Part shown: piece after piece, positions 37,570 to 50,288 of the stretch
Layout of the letters: each line of letters begins with the position of its first letter
How positions within the stretch are numbered: the first letter of the stretch is position 1
Assembly (NCBI GenBank): GCA_963514005.1
Contig: OY740797.1
Span: 20,274,001 to 20,338,000, forward strand
Source of the DNA: Raja brachyura
Taxonomy: Eukaryota
DNA: 64,000 nucleotides
Direction of reading: 5' to 3'
Notes under the pieces: generated by a model
Told to the model about the DNA's origin: nothing
Seen by the model: the letters and a program-made list of their open reading frames with translations, nothing else
Database searches by the model: none
Translations under genes and position numbers: made by a program

Positions 37570-37749
37570 GTTTAAGAAGGAACTGAAGATGCTGGAAAAT
37601 CAAAGGTAGACAAAAATGCTGGATAAACTCAGCAGGTGCAGCAGCATCTATGGAGCGAAGGAAATAGGCAACGTTTCGACCCGAATCATTGTCTACTTCC
37701 TTCTCTCCATAGATGTTGCCTCACCCGCTGAGTTTCTCCAGCATTTTCG
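37570..37749. mobile_element. Penelope-derived palindromic short element with 16-bp TSD, inserted in a decayed SINE
   Basis: TCCACATAGACAGCAT at 37554-37569 and 37750-37765; inverted arms homologous to 3587-3774. Confidence 0.82.
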
Positions 37750-38867
37750 TCCACATAGACAGCATCTGAGATTAGGATTGTGTTCAGTGCAATGGAAAAT
37801 TCTGGGCATTGAATCCTACCAAGGAAAATCCAAGCTTTGAATCACAGTTTAGATTTAACAAATATAAATTATGTATATTCTTTAAGCATATAAATTGTGC
37901 ATCTTGAATTAAGGAAAACTGCCTGAATCATTTGACATTAAAGATACTGATGTGGATTTATTTTGCCTGAGATTGTAAAATGGAATCAATGGAAAGTGCA
38001 TTAAATTTAATCTTTTGTTTGTGGTTGCTATAGTAGCTGCTATTTGATCTAAAAATTCCAGAACATTGTGATTAGATTTGGTTTATTAAAACAAATTTTC
38101 TAAAATGAAAGTAGTGTTTTAGGATTACATATAAACAGGTTAAAGAATAATTATCAGAATTTGTACACAATGTGATGTTGATTATTTTAACTTTGCAAAA
38201 TAGCTTTAATCTGTAGACTGTTGCTCTGAATTAAGTTGGAACTGTTGATGTTAACCAAAGTGATGATTGCAAAAGCATCAAATAAATTATCTTTTAAATA
38301 CATTTTGTGGAGATTTTCAATTCTGGATTTGACCCTCATCCAGTTTTTTTTATTAATTTCCCAACCTACCTGAAAATCAATGGAAAGAGCCAAATGCATC
38401 CCCTTAATAAATTTTGTAAGGGCACAGGAGGGTTCTGACCTGAAATGTTGTCTGTCCATTCCCTCCACAGGTGCTGTATGAGTTCTTCCTGCTCTCTGTG
38501 TTTTTGCCCAAGATTCTAGCATCTGCAGTTCCTTTTGTCTCTAAATGATGCTGTTATAATGCCAGCGTAACTTGCAATATTAAATCAAACTTTGATGAAG
38601 ATATTGATTGGTATGGTTTTCTTTCGCTGCCGCTGCCCACTTTCACAAATTACTGGAATATTTACATCATTGCAAAGTACAATCTGTATTCCACAGCTCT
38701 TCTGTTGCAGCAGCTTGCTGTGGTCTTGCTACTGACTGAATGTGTTAGTCACAGCTAGCTGACAGAGTGGCAGTCGACACTATTAGGTATCTGTGTACCG
38801 ATTGTGATCAGGTGTGGGTTCCAGTAAATGCACCTCTCCAACTAAGCTTATTAGTGAGAGAGCAAGA

Positions 38868-39020
38868 GTTGGCTCTTAGGGCTAAGGGAATCAAGGGATA
38901 TGGGGAAAAAGCCAGAATGTGGTACTGATTTTGGATGATCAGCCATGATCATATTGAATGACGGTGCTGGCTCGAAGGACCGAATGGCCTACACCTGCAC
39001 CTATTTTCTATGTTTCTATT
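38868..39020 (+). mobile_element. CR1 3'UTR remnant
   Basis: GGATGATCAGCCATGATC...cctattttctatgtttctat. Confidence 0.8.
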
Positions 39021-39170
39021 ATTTATAATCATCAGAAATTCTGAGTAACTGAAGTGACACTGGCACTCAGAGGTGTGAATGCTTCATCTAAACTTTGTGA
39101 CCACTTATTTGAAGTTGTTGATCCTGTTGCACAAGAAGTGTAACTTCTGCAGATTGCTGATGTGTTTATG

Positions 39171-41255
39171 ATTCAATTCAATCTTTAATGGTTATTGTGC
39201 AGTGTACAGTACAGATACAACAAAATGCAGTTAGCATCTCCCCAGAAGAGCAAACGTAGAATAATGAACGGTAAAAAATATATATATGTACAAACAGCAT
39301 GAGTAGTGCAATTATACTGGGGGAAGGAGTGTCCGGGGGGGGAGGGGGGGGGGGGGGGTGACTGGGAATCACCGAGGTGCAGAGTTAAGTATTGTAACAG
39401 CCGCAGGGAAGCTGTTCCTGAGCCTGCTGGTCCGGCAACAGAGGGACCTGTAGCGCCTCCCGGATGGGAGGAGGGTAAACAGTCTGTGGCATGGGGTGAG
39501 ACCAGTCCTTGACGATGCTGCGCGCCGTTCGCAGACATCGCTTTCTCTGGACAGACTCAATGGAGGGGAGTGAGGAACCGGTGATGCGTTGGGCGGTTTT
39601 CACCACCCTCTGCAGTGCTTTCCGGTCGGAGACAGAGCAGTTGCCATACCATACTGTGATACAGTTGGTAAGGATGCTCTCGATGGTGCAGCGGTAGAAG
39701 TTCACCAGAATCTGAGGAGATAGATGGACCTTCTTTAGTCTCCTCAGGAAGAAGAGACGCTGGTGAGCCTTCTTGACCAGTGTAGAGGTATTGTGGGTCC
39801 AAGAGAGGTCATTAGCGATGTTGACCCCCAGAAACCTGAAGCTGGAAACACGTTCCACCTCTGTCCCATTAATATGGATGGGGGTGTGTGTGCAGCCCCT
39901 AGACCTTCTGTAGTCCACAATGAGCTCCTTGGTCTTCTTGGAGTAAGGGCCAGGTTGTTGTCAGTGCACCATGCTGCTCGGCGCTGAACCTCCTCCCTCT
40001 AGGCCGACTCATTGTTGTCGCTGATGAGGCCAATCACCGTTGTATCATCTGCATACTTGATGATGGTGTTAGAACCATGTTCAGGTGTGCAGTCGTAGGT
40101 GAAGAGGGAGTAGAGAAGAGGGTTCAGCACACAGCCCTGTGGAACGCTGGTGTTCAGGGTGAGGGTTGAAGAGGTGTGGTTGTCCAACCTAACAGACTGT
40201 GGTCTGTTAGTCAGGAAGTCCAGTATCCAGTAGCAGAGGGAGGGGTTGATGCCCAGGTCGCCGAGTTTGGTGATCAATTTTGAGGGGATAATGGTGTTAA
40301 ATGCTGAGCTAAAGTCAATAAACAGCATTCTCACGTAGGTGTCTCTGTTATCGAGGTGGGAGAGGGCGGAGTGGAGTGCTGTTGAGATGGCATCCTCCGT
40401 ACTCCTATTCTTGCGGTAGGCAAACTGATAGGGGCCCAGTGTGGGAGGTAGGCAGCCTTTGAGGTGAGCCAGGCTCTCGAAGCACTTGGTGATGATGGGA
40501 GTAAGTGCAACTGGGCGGAAGTCGTTGAGGCTCGCCGCAGTGGAGTGTTTTGGCACCAGCACGATGGAGGTGGTTTTAAGGCACGTGGGGACAACTGCTT
40601 GGGCAAGTGACAGGTTGAAGATGTCAGTCCAGACGTCTGTCAGCTGCGCAGCACAGGTCCTGAGGACGTGCCCGGGGATGCCGTCAGGGCCAGCAGCCTT
40701 ACTTGAATTAATCCTACTCAGTGCCGCATACACGTCGTAGGGGGTGAGTGTGTGGGGCTGGTGATCAGCAGGGAGCATAGCCTTGATGGCCATCTCTTGG
40801 TTGTCCCTGTCAAAGCGGCCATAAAAGTGGTTAAGCTCCTCAAGGAAGGATGAGTCGCTGGATGTGGGGGTGGTGTTGGTAGATCTGAAGTCCGTGATGG
40901 CCTGGATGCCTTGCCACATGCGTCGGGGGTCGGAGTTGTTGTTGAAGTGCTCCTCAATCCTAAGCTTGTAGCTGTGCTTGGCCTTCTTGATGCCCTTCTT
41001 CAGGTTAGCCCTGGATGAACTGTAGGCTCGAGCATTGCCTGACCTGAAAACAATGTCCCGTGATTTCAGCAGTAGCCTGACCTCTCTGTTCATCCATGGC
41101 TTCTGATTCGGGAATGTGGTAATCCGTTTGATGGTGGTGACACTGTTGATGGTGGAGTTGATAAACTCCAGAACAGAGGAAGTATAAGTGTCTATGTCCG
41201 TGTGGGAGTCGAAGGTGGCCAGGGCTGCAAACACATTCCAGTCAGTGTTTCCAAA
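39171..41255 (-). mobile_element. Rex1/Babar LINE (second family), 5'-truncated, 411-aa open RT frame
   Basis: [52 protein letters not shown]; (TTGAA)n tail at about 39171. Confidence 0.92.
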
Positions 41256-41555
41256 GTTCTGCCCAAGACTTCTGCTGCCTCAAACGCAAGAAGAAGAAGC
41301 CTATAGTGTTAGTGGGTAATGGAATTATTGGGATTATAGGGAGAATAAGTTACAGGGTTAAGTTAAACCTTACATTTGCTTTACAATCACTGACTTCTTA
41401 TAATAGTTTGAGAATTTGCAGAATATTGAAAAGAGCTTAACCCCATCATAACTATAATTTGTACGAGGGGTAGGGCTTGTTTACCTGGCTTTACCTGGCT
41501 TTGTACGCGGCAGGTCATGTCTTATTAACTTGATCGTGTTTTTTGAGCTGTTGCA

Positions 41556-41724
41556 AAACACAAGTGGCTGGAGTAACTCAGCAGGTCAGGCAGCATCTGT
41601 GTAGGGAAAGGTTAGGTGACTTTTTGGGTTGAGACTGAAGAAGGGTCCAGACCCCAAACGCCACCTACTCATTCGCTCCACAGATGCTGCCCGACCCATT
41701 AAGTTACTCCAGCACTTTGTGTTT
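41556..41724. mobile_element. Penelope-derived palindromic short element (degenerate)
   Basis: Inverted arms aaacacaagtggctggagtaact / agttactccagcactttgtgttt; core ctgaagaagggtccagaccccaaacgcc. Confidence 0.75.
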
Positions 41725-43844
41725 AGCGTTGTTATTTTTGGTTAATATAGCAGTAAGCCAGTGAACAGACGAGGAGGACAACGGAGGGAGATTTCCTGCA
41801 GAATAAACAGGAGAAGTTATGGTGCAGATGTGGGGTGGGAGCTCATTTTTTAAGATACTTTAGTCACAGGCAGATGGATTAAAACTGAAGTAAGTGATGT
41901 GACTCCACTGAGCTGAGCAAAAGTGATGGAATTCTGCCATCATTCATATTGTGTAGATACAATGCCAAAGACTGCATACAGGTGGCAAAGTAGAAGAGGG
42001 GTGACATTGCTTTGGTCACGGTCACATTGGATTTAATAGAACAGCTTAGTAAGAACTATTTAGCCACCATGGGATCATAGAGCACAAAATGCTCTCAAGA
42101 ACTTGGCAGGCACAATTTCTCCTTCATTATGCCATGGGGACTCTGCTTGATTAGATTATCATTTCCCAAATGTGTTGCTATTAATTCCTGAATAATTGAT
42201 TCAAATATTTTTGCCAGCAACAGGTATTAGTTAGGCTAATCGGCCAACGGTTACCCAGCTTTTGAAGGCTTTGTGTGAAATGTTCTGGAAAGCTTGAGTA
42301 ATGCGTTGGAGTTCAATTTAATTGTAAGCCTCTTTTTATAGATTTTACATAGCATATAACCACCCTTAATTCAATGCAGTAGCAAAACCAGATACTCATA
42401 GCGGACAAAGCAGCCCCACGAGGTGCAATCTTCAAGATAGTATCTTGAGAATCAGACATGACCCTCAGCAAATATTATCGGCATTGCGAAAATAGAACAC
42501 TGTCTTACAGGCAACAGGAAGCTGTTAACCCACAATGATGGCTTTGAGCAATTGTACTTCACTAGCTGGAGTAGTAAACAGAGTAATAATACATTGCTAA
42601 CCGCTCGGGCAAGTGCAAAACTGTCCCAGGCTCACAGCAGCAGAAATATCCAAACTGAATGAGCTGAACCTCCTAGGATCTTTAGCACTGCGTGAATAGC
42701 ATCTGTGAAATCTAAGGGAGCAAAATCTAACCATCTTCCATAAAAGCCATAATGTTCATGGCAAATAATTCAAATGGCACCATCTGCAGGGAATTTACTG
42801 AACAATATTAATTTGCACAGCTCTCAGCACAATTTTGCATCCATTTTTACACATGTTTATTTGCACTTTTGACTACCATCTTGTTGACTAGAACTGGAAA
42901 GATTAGCACTGGAAATACGTGTACTATGTAAATAGTTGACGTATTTATCCTGTGCTTTCTACTTAACTCCTGGTGAATCTAGCAAGATTATGAATTAGCA
43001 TTTCCTGTCCTGTTTTAACATTCTTGCATTACCACACATCAGCTGCAGAACCAGCATTTCTTGTTCATTGTCTTTAACTTTTCAACCTTTCAGCAGGGCT
43101 CTTTTTTGCCAAATCATCCTGCCATTTTAAAAAAACTGCATACACAATAGAGCAGTATTTAAATCTTATAAGGCAAATGCAAAATAAATGTTTTTTCCCA
43201 ACCAAAAATGGAAATATAAACATACATAAGTGGGAGGGAGTTATTGCCATGGGGAAAAGTTGAGACACATGACACTGATACTGTGGATGATCAGCCACGA
43301 TCACATTGAATGGCGGTGCTGGCTCGAAAGGCTGAATGGCCTACTCCTGCACCCATTGTCTATTGATACATGTTAGTCTAAGCTAGATAGGCATATAGGA
43401 ATGGCCTCTCAAGCCAGGCCTGGCAGGAGTCAGAGGTAAAAACACTGATATTAGTTTAGTTTAGTGGGGAAACAGGCCCTTCGGCCAACCAAGTCCGATC
43501 CGACCAGCGACCCCCACACACTAACACTAACAATAAACAAAACACTATAGTATTTTAACATAAACATCCCCTGCACAGCGGAATCAAAGTTTCCTTCTGC
43601 GAGGGATGGCCCAAAGTTCAGTCATCCTCCTCTTTGATGTACACCCGTGGTCGGGGCCTCCCGAGCCATCCGCAGCCCTCCACAGTCGCCGCTACAGGTG
43701 ACCCGACGCTCTCTCATTCCCTCTCTCGCACCCTCTCGCCTTGGCATTCCCGGAATCATTTGCCGTTTAGCGGGGACAGCTGCATCTGCGGTTCCTTTCT
43801 GTTGGGGGGGGGGGGGGGAGACCCTGGGCTGTGGCGGCTCCTGG

Positions 43845-44250
43845 TCTGTTCCCTCTGTGGGTGCCGCCTGGCCCGCTGAGTTCCTCCAGCACTCTGTTTT
43901 TTGTTTGGCTCTGGAATTGAAGGTGGAAATGGGGGTGCTGGGGTGGCTCAGCGGGACGGGCGGCGGTTCTGGGGCGTGGATGGCGTTTTGGGTCAAGACC
44001 CTTCTGCAGACAATCACAAGTACTCTCACCGACGAGAGTTCAGTTCAGTCTGAAGAAGGGTCTTCTCTCCAGAGTCGCTGCCTGTCCCGCTGAGTTACTC
44101 CAGCTTTAATTCTATCTTCATTTTCAGAAGTTAAATAAAAAACAGAGAGTGCTGGAGGAACTCAAGCGGGCTAGGCGGCATCTGTGGAGGGAATGGATTA
44201 GGAGTTGTTTTGGGCCAGGGTTCTTCAATAGGAAAGAACTGCAGATCAAA
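43845..44250. mobile_element. Cluster of Penelope-derived palindromic element fragments
   Basis: Repeated gctgagttcctccagca / tgctggaggaactc arms and cagtctgaagaagggtc. Confidence 0.6.
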
Positions 44251-44369
44251 GATACTAGAGCAGATACTAGAATCTTTGCTGCAGATCAGGCATGATATTC
44301 TTCCGATTTAAATCGGAATTCCGATTTTATTATTTTATTATTTGTCAATTTTTTGTGCCCAATTATTTG

Positions 44370-44575
44370 GCGGCCAATCAACCGCTGTCTCTAAGGGGGT
44401 TGCGTCCAATCACCGACCAGGTTCCCTTAAAATTCCCGTACTATCATCAAATCGGTCTCCTCCCGTCCAATCAGCTGCTCTCTCCAAGGGCATTGTGTCC
44501 AATCACATAATATGCTGGTCACTCGACGGCCAATCAGACACAGTCTCCAAGGGGCCTTGTGATCAATCAGTGACC
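44370..44575 (+). repeat. Three degenerate ~45-bp units, each with paired CCAATCA boxes
   Basis: CCAAT at 44374/44406, 44467/44499 and 44530/(TCAAT)44563, each pair flanking tctc(c/t)aaggg. Confidence 0.7.
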
Positions 44576-44597
44576 TGCTTCCCTTCCCTTAGAGGGA

Positions 44598-44726
44598 NNN
44601 NNNNNNNNNNNNNNNNNNNNNNNNNNNNNNNNNNNNNNNNNNNNNNNNNNNNNNNNNNNNNNNNNNNNNNNNNNNNNNNNNNNNNNNNNNNNNNNNNNNN
44701 NNNNNNNNNNNNNNNNNNNNNNNNNN
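44598..44726. other. Assembly gap (129 N)
   Basis: Run of n. Confidence 1.
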
Positions 44727-44944
44727 TTTGACATATAATACACAATAAACTATTTTATAAATATACAATAAACAAGTTCTGCATTGTTGTACACTTACAT
44801 GGGTATGACAGCACATTAACCCCCCCTCCCCCCTTCCTTCCCAACATCTGCCTCACGGACCTTAGAATTCCTAAAACCCATTTCCATCACTGCCATCGGC
44901 CCACTGAGTCGGCACCAAGCACATTAGCCTACGCCCACTAGGCA

Positions 44945-45837
44945 CCAGGGATAAATTAGACAAACCCAAGCCAATTAACCTACAAACCACCGGGTGGCGC
45001 CCATAATGGCCGCCTTTGCCAACAGTCTGTCTTGTCCCTTCCTTCTTTGTTGTTTTTTAGTATGTGTCAAATGTATGTTTTAGTGTTATTTGGCTCATTT
45101 TATGTCGGGGGTAGGGGTTGGGGATTTTTGTTTTAACTCTTACCTCGACGGAGATGCGATTTTTTTCTGTATTGTATCTCCGTCTGCACTGCGGCCTAAC
45201 ATGGAAGAGCTGATAGCCTCTGCTGGAGACCCACTTCGGGAGCTCCAACCACGAGAGCCTGCAGACTTAACATCAGGGAGTTGCCGATCCCTGTTGGGGA
45301 TTGACTTCGGAGCTCCAACTGCGGGACTTTAACATCATGGAGCTTGCGGTCCCTGGTTAGACCGACTTGTGGAGCTCCAACAGCAGGAGTTTCGACCACC
45401 CCAACTTGAAAGCTTCGATCGCCGGCTGCGGGAGCTTCGATCGCCCCGATTGCTGATGGTTCAACTGCTCCGACCGCAGGAAGAAGATTAGACTTTATTG
45501 CCTTCCACCGTAGTGGGGAATGTGGGGAATCTGCTGTAGTGGATGTTTATGTTAACTTTTATGTAGTTGTGTGTCTCGTTGCTTTTTTTAGTATGGCTGT
45601 ATGGAAATTCGAGTTTCACTGTACCTTAATTGGTACATGAGACAGTAAACTGACCTTTGAGCCTGTATGTCTTTGGAGCATGGGAGAAAACCGAAGATCG
45701 CAGAAAACACCCATGCGGTTACAGGGAGAACGTGCAAACTCTGCGCAGACAGCACCCGTAGTCGGGATCGAACCCGGGTCTGCGGCAATGCAAGCGTTGT
45801 AAGACAACAACTCTACCGCTGCGCCACCGTGCTGCCC
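44945..45837 (-). mobile_element. tRNA-derived V-SINE (HE1-like), split by a non-coding insertion at about 44989-45660
   Basis: Minus-strand 5' end GGGCAGCACGG, A box TGGCGCAGCGG, B box GGTTCGATCC, V-core GAGTTTGCACGTTCTCCC. Confidence 0.8.
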
Positions 45838-45844
45838 TGGATGG

Positions 45845-45917
45845 TTTAGTTCACTTTAGATTAGTTTAGTTTAGTTCAGTTCAGGTCAGTTTACTTTTGT
45901 TTAGTTTGGCTTAGTTT
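45845..45917 (+). repeat. (TTAGT)n-type microsatellite
   Basis: Degenerate tttag/ttcag pentamers. Confidence 0.75.
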
Positions 45918-45924
45918 ATATAAA

Positions 45925-46650
45925 ACATAGTACAATACGGCACTGGAAATGGCCCTTCGGCCCACAATGTTAGTGCTGAACATGATGCCTAGCTGAATTG
46001 ATCTCATATGCCTGTACGTAAGCTATATCCATACATTACTTGGACTTCCATGTGCAATTCTAAAAGCCTCTTAAACACCACTTTAGTATCTGCCTCCACT
46101 ACCACCCCTGGCAATGCATTCCAGGCCCCCATCACCCTCTGTGCAAAAAAATGTCCCCCTCTCACCTTACAGCTATGCCCTTTAGTGCTGGACACCCACC
46201 CTGGGCAAACGTTTCTGGCTGCCTAGCCTATTAATGCCTCATAATTTTATACACAGGCACTTCTAACAAGTCCCACTCAACCTCTGATGTTCCAAAGAAA
46301 ACAAACCAAGTCTATCTAACCTTGCCCTGCAGTTGAAACCCTCTAATCGAAGTAGCATTTTGGTAAACCTCCTCTGCATCCTCTCCAAAGCTTCCACATC
46401 TTTGATGTAATGGGGCGACCATAACTGCACACAATGGTCCAAATATGGCTTAACCAAAGTCCTATGGAACAGCATACCATACGGCTTCTTTAGCATGCTA
46501 TTTACTTGTGCTGCCACCTTTAGTGAGCTATGAACTTGTACTCCAAGAAGGTTCATAGCCGTATGGTATGCCCGCCTTCATTGCTAGGTGCAATGAATAT
46601 CAGAGTCAGGAAGTGGATGCTGTTCCATAGGACTTTGGCTAACCCATTTC
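45925..46650 (-). mobile_element. Old CR1 3' fragment with a terminal fold-back
   Basis: VHSSLKVAAQV...HCVQLWSPHY...FFAQRVMGAWNALP; inverted copy at 46557-46645. Confidence 0.78.
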
Positions 46651-47194
46651 GGCATCCACTCCCTACACACTAGGGACAATTTACAGAAAACAATTAACCC
46701 ACCAGCCTGCATGTCTTTGGGAGGTGGAAGGAAACCAGCAGAGTCACAGGGAGAAGTCAAAACCCCAAACAGACAACAGTTGAGGTCAGAATCGAGCCCA
46801 GGTCACTAAACTAGAGGGGAAACCTTTTCACACAGAGGGTGTTGAGTATATGTATTGATCTGCTCTTAAAATTTATATGAAAAATAAGTAAATAAACATA
46901 ATTTTTTGGTTTCAATTTGCATTTCTTGACAGAAGCGCAGATGAATATTGTGTTATGGAAAATCGCTCCAAGAACTTTTTTTTAGGACCCCCCCTCACTC
47001 ACTGTTTCCCCCCTGCCACGACGACCCCACCCACAAATTGTGACAACATCTTGACATGGATTGCCTCGGTTAACACAATGACAGAGTACAGACCTATCAG
47101 GCTGACGAGAACAAACCCTGAAACCTTGTCCTTTGTCGCCATCTGCTGCCTTGTTCTACTAACTTCAGCAAAGGTTGTGTCCCAGTGACAGCCA

Positions 47195-47365
47195 GACTGT
47201 GGAGAATGCTACAACTGTCATAGAATTCATCAGCAAGAGTGTAGAAAACCGTGTGCCAAAGTCAATCCACGCGTTTCCCCACGGGAAACCATGGATGAAC
47301 CATGAGACGCACTCTCTATTGAAGTCCAGGTCGGAGACGCTCAATTCGAGTGACACTGACCGTGC
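47195..47365 (+). mobile_element. Rex1 fragment
   Basis: EFISKSVENRVPKSIHAFPHGKPWMNHETHSLLKSR. Confidence 0.65.
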
Positions 47366-47391
47366 AGAAAATCAGAGGTCAGTGAAACGAT

Positions 47392-48625
47392 GGCATCCAT
47401 CCCGATTGCTGTATATGGCACAAGCGTGGCCTGTCCCTCCCTCCTATGCCACAAGGATCATCCAGGTCATCTTCCAGTTCATCTGGGGGTTGAGGATAGA
47501 CCGGGTGCGACGAGCCACGATGCACAAGTCAGCAGACAATGGGGGTAAAAGTGTGCCCAACGTCACCCTCACCCTGATAGCCACCTTCGTGTGTGGCTGC
47601 ATCAGGCAGAGTGTAGAGCCGAGGCATGTGGGCACCAAGTGTCACTACCTGCTGAGGTTCTACCTGTCCCCGGTGTTGCGAAGGATGGGCCTGGCGCAGA
47701 TGCCACGCAATGTGCCAGTCAGCTGGACATTACCGCCCCATCTGTCGTTTGTGGAAAGGTAATTCCTGACCAACATCTTTGACCACAAGTCCATCGGGCA
47801 GTGGTCAGCACGGAATGTCCTACAGACACGGCAGAGAAAGGACTCGATGGATCCGGTGACATGGTTCCCAGAGTCATGACTGCCCAGCTTGTTTGGCAAA
47901 ATGCCTCATCGCCAGAACTCTCCAACAAGCACCAATACAAGGCTTGGCTGGCAGTGAGGGGAGCCCTCCCATTCAGATCCTTCCTGCACCATCAGAACCT
48001 CACTACCAGCGCATGCTGCCTTCAGGACGGCTGCTATGGAGAGGAGATGGTTGCCCACCTCTTTGCAGAGTGTGGATTTGCAAAGAGAGTCTGGAGAGAT
48101 ATGCAAGGGTCCCTGTCACGGTTTATTCCAAACAGCTCCATCACAGAGGACTCTGATTTACGGACTGTTCCCAGGGACGCATTCAGAGACTGACATTGAG
48201 TGCTGCTGGAAGGTTTCAACTTGGTGAAAGATGCTCTTTGGTCTGCCCGAGCGTTGTTCACCACCCAGCAGAGCAAGATGTCCATCAGGGAATGTTGCAG
48301 ACTGGCTCACTGCAGGAGTACCTGCTGAGGGACACACTGAAGCTCGGTGCAGCAAACGCCAAGGCTCGGTGGAGGAGGACCACAGTCTAGGGTCCTTCCG
48401 CTGATGGACATGGGGGGGGCAGGGTGTGCTGGAGATGCCCCTCAAAACAAGGGAAGGGATTCCACACCAGTGGGCCACTTAAGTGGCAAGGGTTGGGGAC
48501 AAATTTATGAAATTTGAGCAATGTACACTGTATTGAATAATTTGTATCGCCTCCGAAAACATCGGATGTTTTTTTCACACGGTTTATGTATTGTATATAT
48601 TTATTACCTGAATAAAGTATATTTT
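47392..48625 (+). mobile_element. Tx1-clade (L1 group) LINE 3' portion
   Basis: FQFIWG...GGKSVPNV; zinc-knuckle region CLQDGCYGEEMVAHLFAECGFAKRVW; AATAAA at about 48611. Confidence 0.8.
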
Positions 48626-50155
48626 GAGATGTATATATTTTTAATGACACCCATCCAGACAGCTTTCCAAATTAAGTCAAGGTTGGAGTTTTTAATCAGT
48701 TTTGCCAATAGAATACCTTTCACTTGCTCAAAGCCTTTCAAAATTTATGAATCTTCCCTTTACAGGAACTAAAACACTATTGAATTCTGCTGCACTTTAG
48801 GAAATGCAGCAGTCAAATTGTGCAGAGAAAGCTCACGCGAATGGTGCGACTAAAAGCTGATAGTTTTAGCAATATTGAATGAGAAATATTGACAAGGCCG
48901 TATGGTGTAGTCAATGAATTCCCATGGCGGCATATGTTGTAGTTGGGTATTATTATGCCTTAACACAGAATGCTAGAGCAGCATTAATGGTGGGGATGGG
49001 CAGGTAATTTTTCAGGCCAGGAATTTTTATCAGACCTGCAGTTGGAGTGAGAAAGGAGAGGTCAGAAAAAGAAAGCACAGCAAGAGATATCTGGATACAG
49101 GGACATGGGTTTGATTAGAAAAATAATTGACAAAGACTGGAACTGAAAAGTAGAAAAACAGTGTCAGATTAGGATTGATATATCAAAGTCATAGGGAGTG
49201 AAATAAGTATAAGGGGTCAGTGGAAAGGAGGGGAAAAGAAAGTGAGAAAGGGGTCCTTGAAGGGGATGGATGAAATTGTGCAGCCTCATCAACATCTTGT
49301 GCAATTGTAACATAACAACTCAACTTCTATACTAGATTCCCTAGCTGATGAATGCCAACATGTCAAGCACCTTCCTCCCTAACTGCGACACAACTTGCAG
49401 AGAATTATTTAGTTGCACTCCTAGATTGCTCTGCTCTAGAACAATCCCCATTATTCACTGTGATGATCCTGACCTGGTTTGACTTCTCAAAATGCAACAC
49501 CTCTAACCAGAATTGAACTCTATTCATTGGCCAACTTCCCCAGCTGATCAAGATGTCACTGGAATTCTTGATAAACTACATAATCTACAATAATACCCAT
49601 TTTAGTGTTATTTGCAAACTCGGGACCTTGAACTTTCCCATCCAAGAGATAGGAAGGGAAGTTAAGGAGGCGAGTAATAAGTGTTTGAATACAGCATGCA
49701 TCTGTACATGCAGGTGGTTGCTTATATGTTGGCACTAAAGAGCTTGGTCTCTAATGATCTTGGACCAAGACTGTACATAATGTGCATGTGTTACAGCCAT
49801 TCCAGTAAATGGGGGAAAAAAAATTACCTACAAGCATCTTCCACTATAAATGCATATTTGGACATGCAACCAGAAGAGGCTTCAATGAGAAACAAAATGC
49901 TTTCATGGGACCAGTATATTTTAAAGTTGTAGAAAATGACTGATTCTTATTAAATCAGAATAAACAGAGGACCATGCTGAATGTTACAAAGTGTAGTTCA
50001 TAATAGTTTAATAATATTTAAAGCAACAAACAACCTGCAAAGCATCATAGCCTTCTTTGTGCAGGACTTAATCTTCCGTGGCATTGATATTGCCAATGGT
50101 CTATTACATGATTTAAATTGAAAAGGTGCAGGATTAAGTGACACATGCTGTGAAT

Positions 50156-50288
50156 TCAGACATCCTTTAGCACGTCCATCATTGGAGGGCTCTCGGCCCA
50201 ATGGGGAGGCCATGAAGCCTTGATGCTGGGCCGCTCTTTCACTCTGGTGTAGTACTCAAACATTCTGGGATATTTATCAGTCGCCAGG
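50156..50288 (-). CDS. gstr: GST rho exon 6 (terminal)
   Basis: Acceptor ttttctAG; (G)LATDKYPRMFEYYTRVKERPSIKASWPPHWAESPPMMDVLKDV-TGA. Confidence 0.93.

Noticed and set aside
38693-38786. Exon-like hydrophobic stretch LLLQQLAVVLLLTEC
   Set aside because: In-frame stop before the donor-like site, no start codon, no partner exons
45745-45837. tRNA gene
   Set aside because: A and B boxes run straight into a V-SINE core with no proper cloverleaf; it is a SINE head
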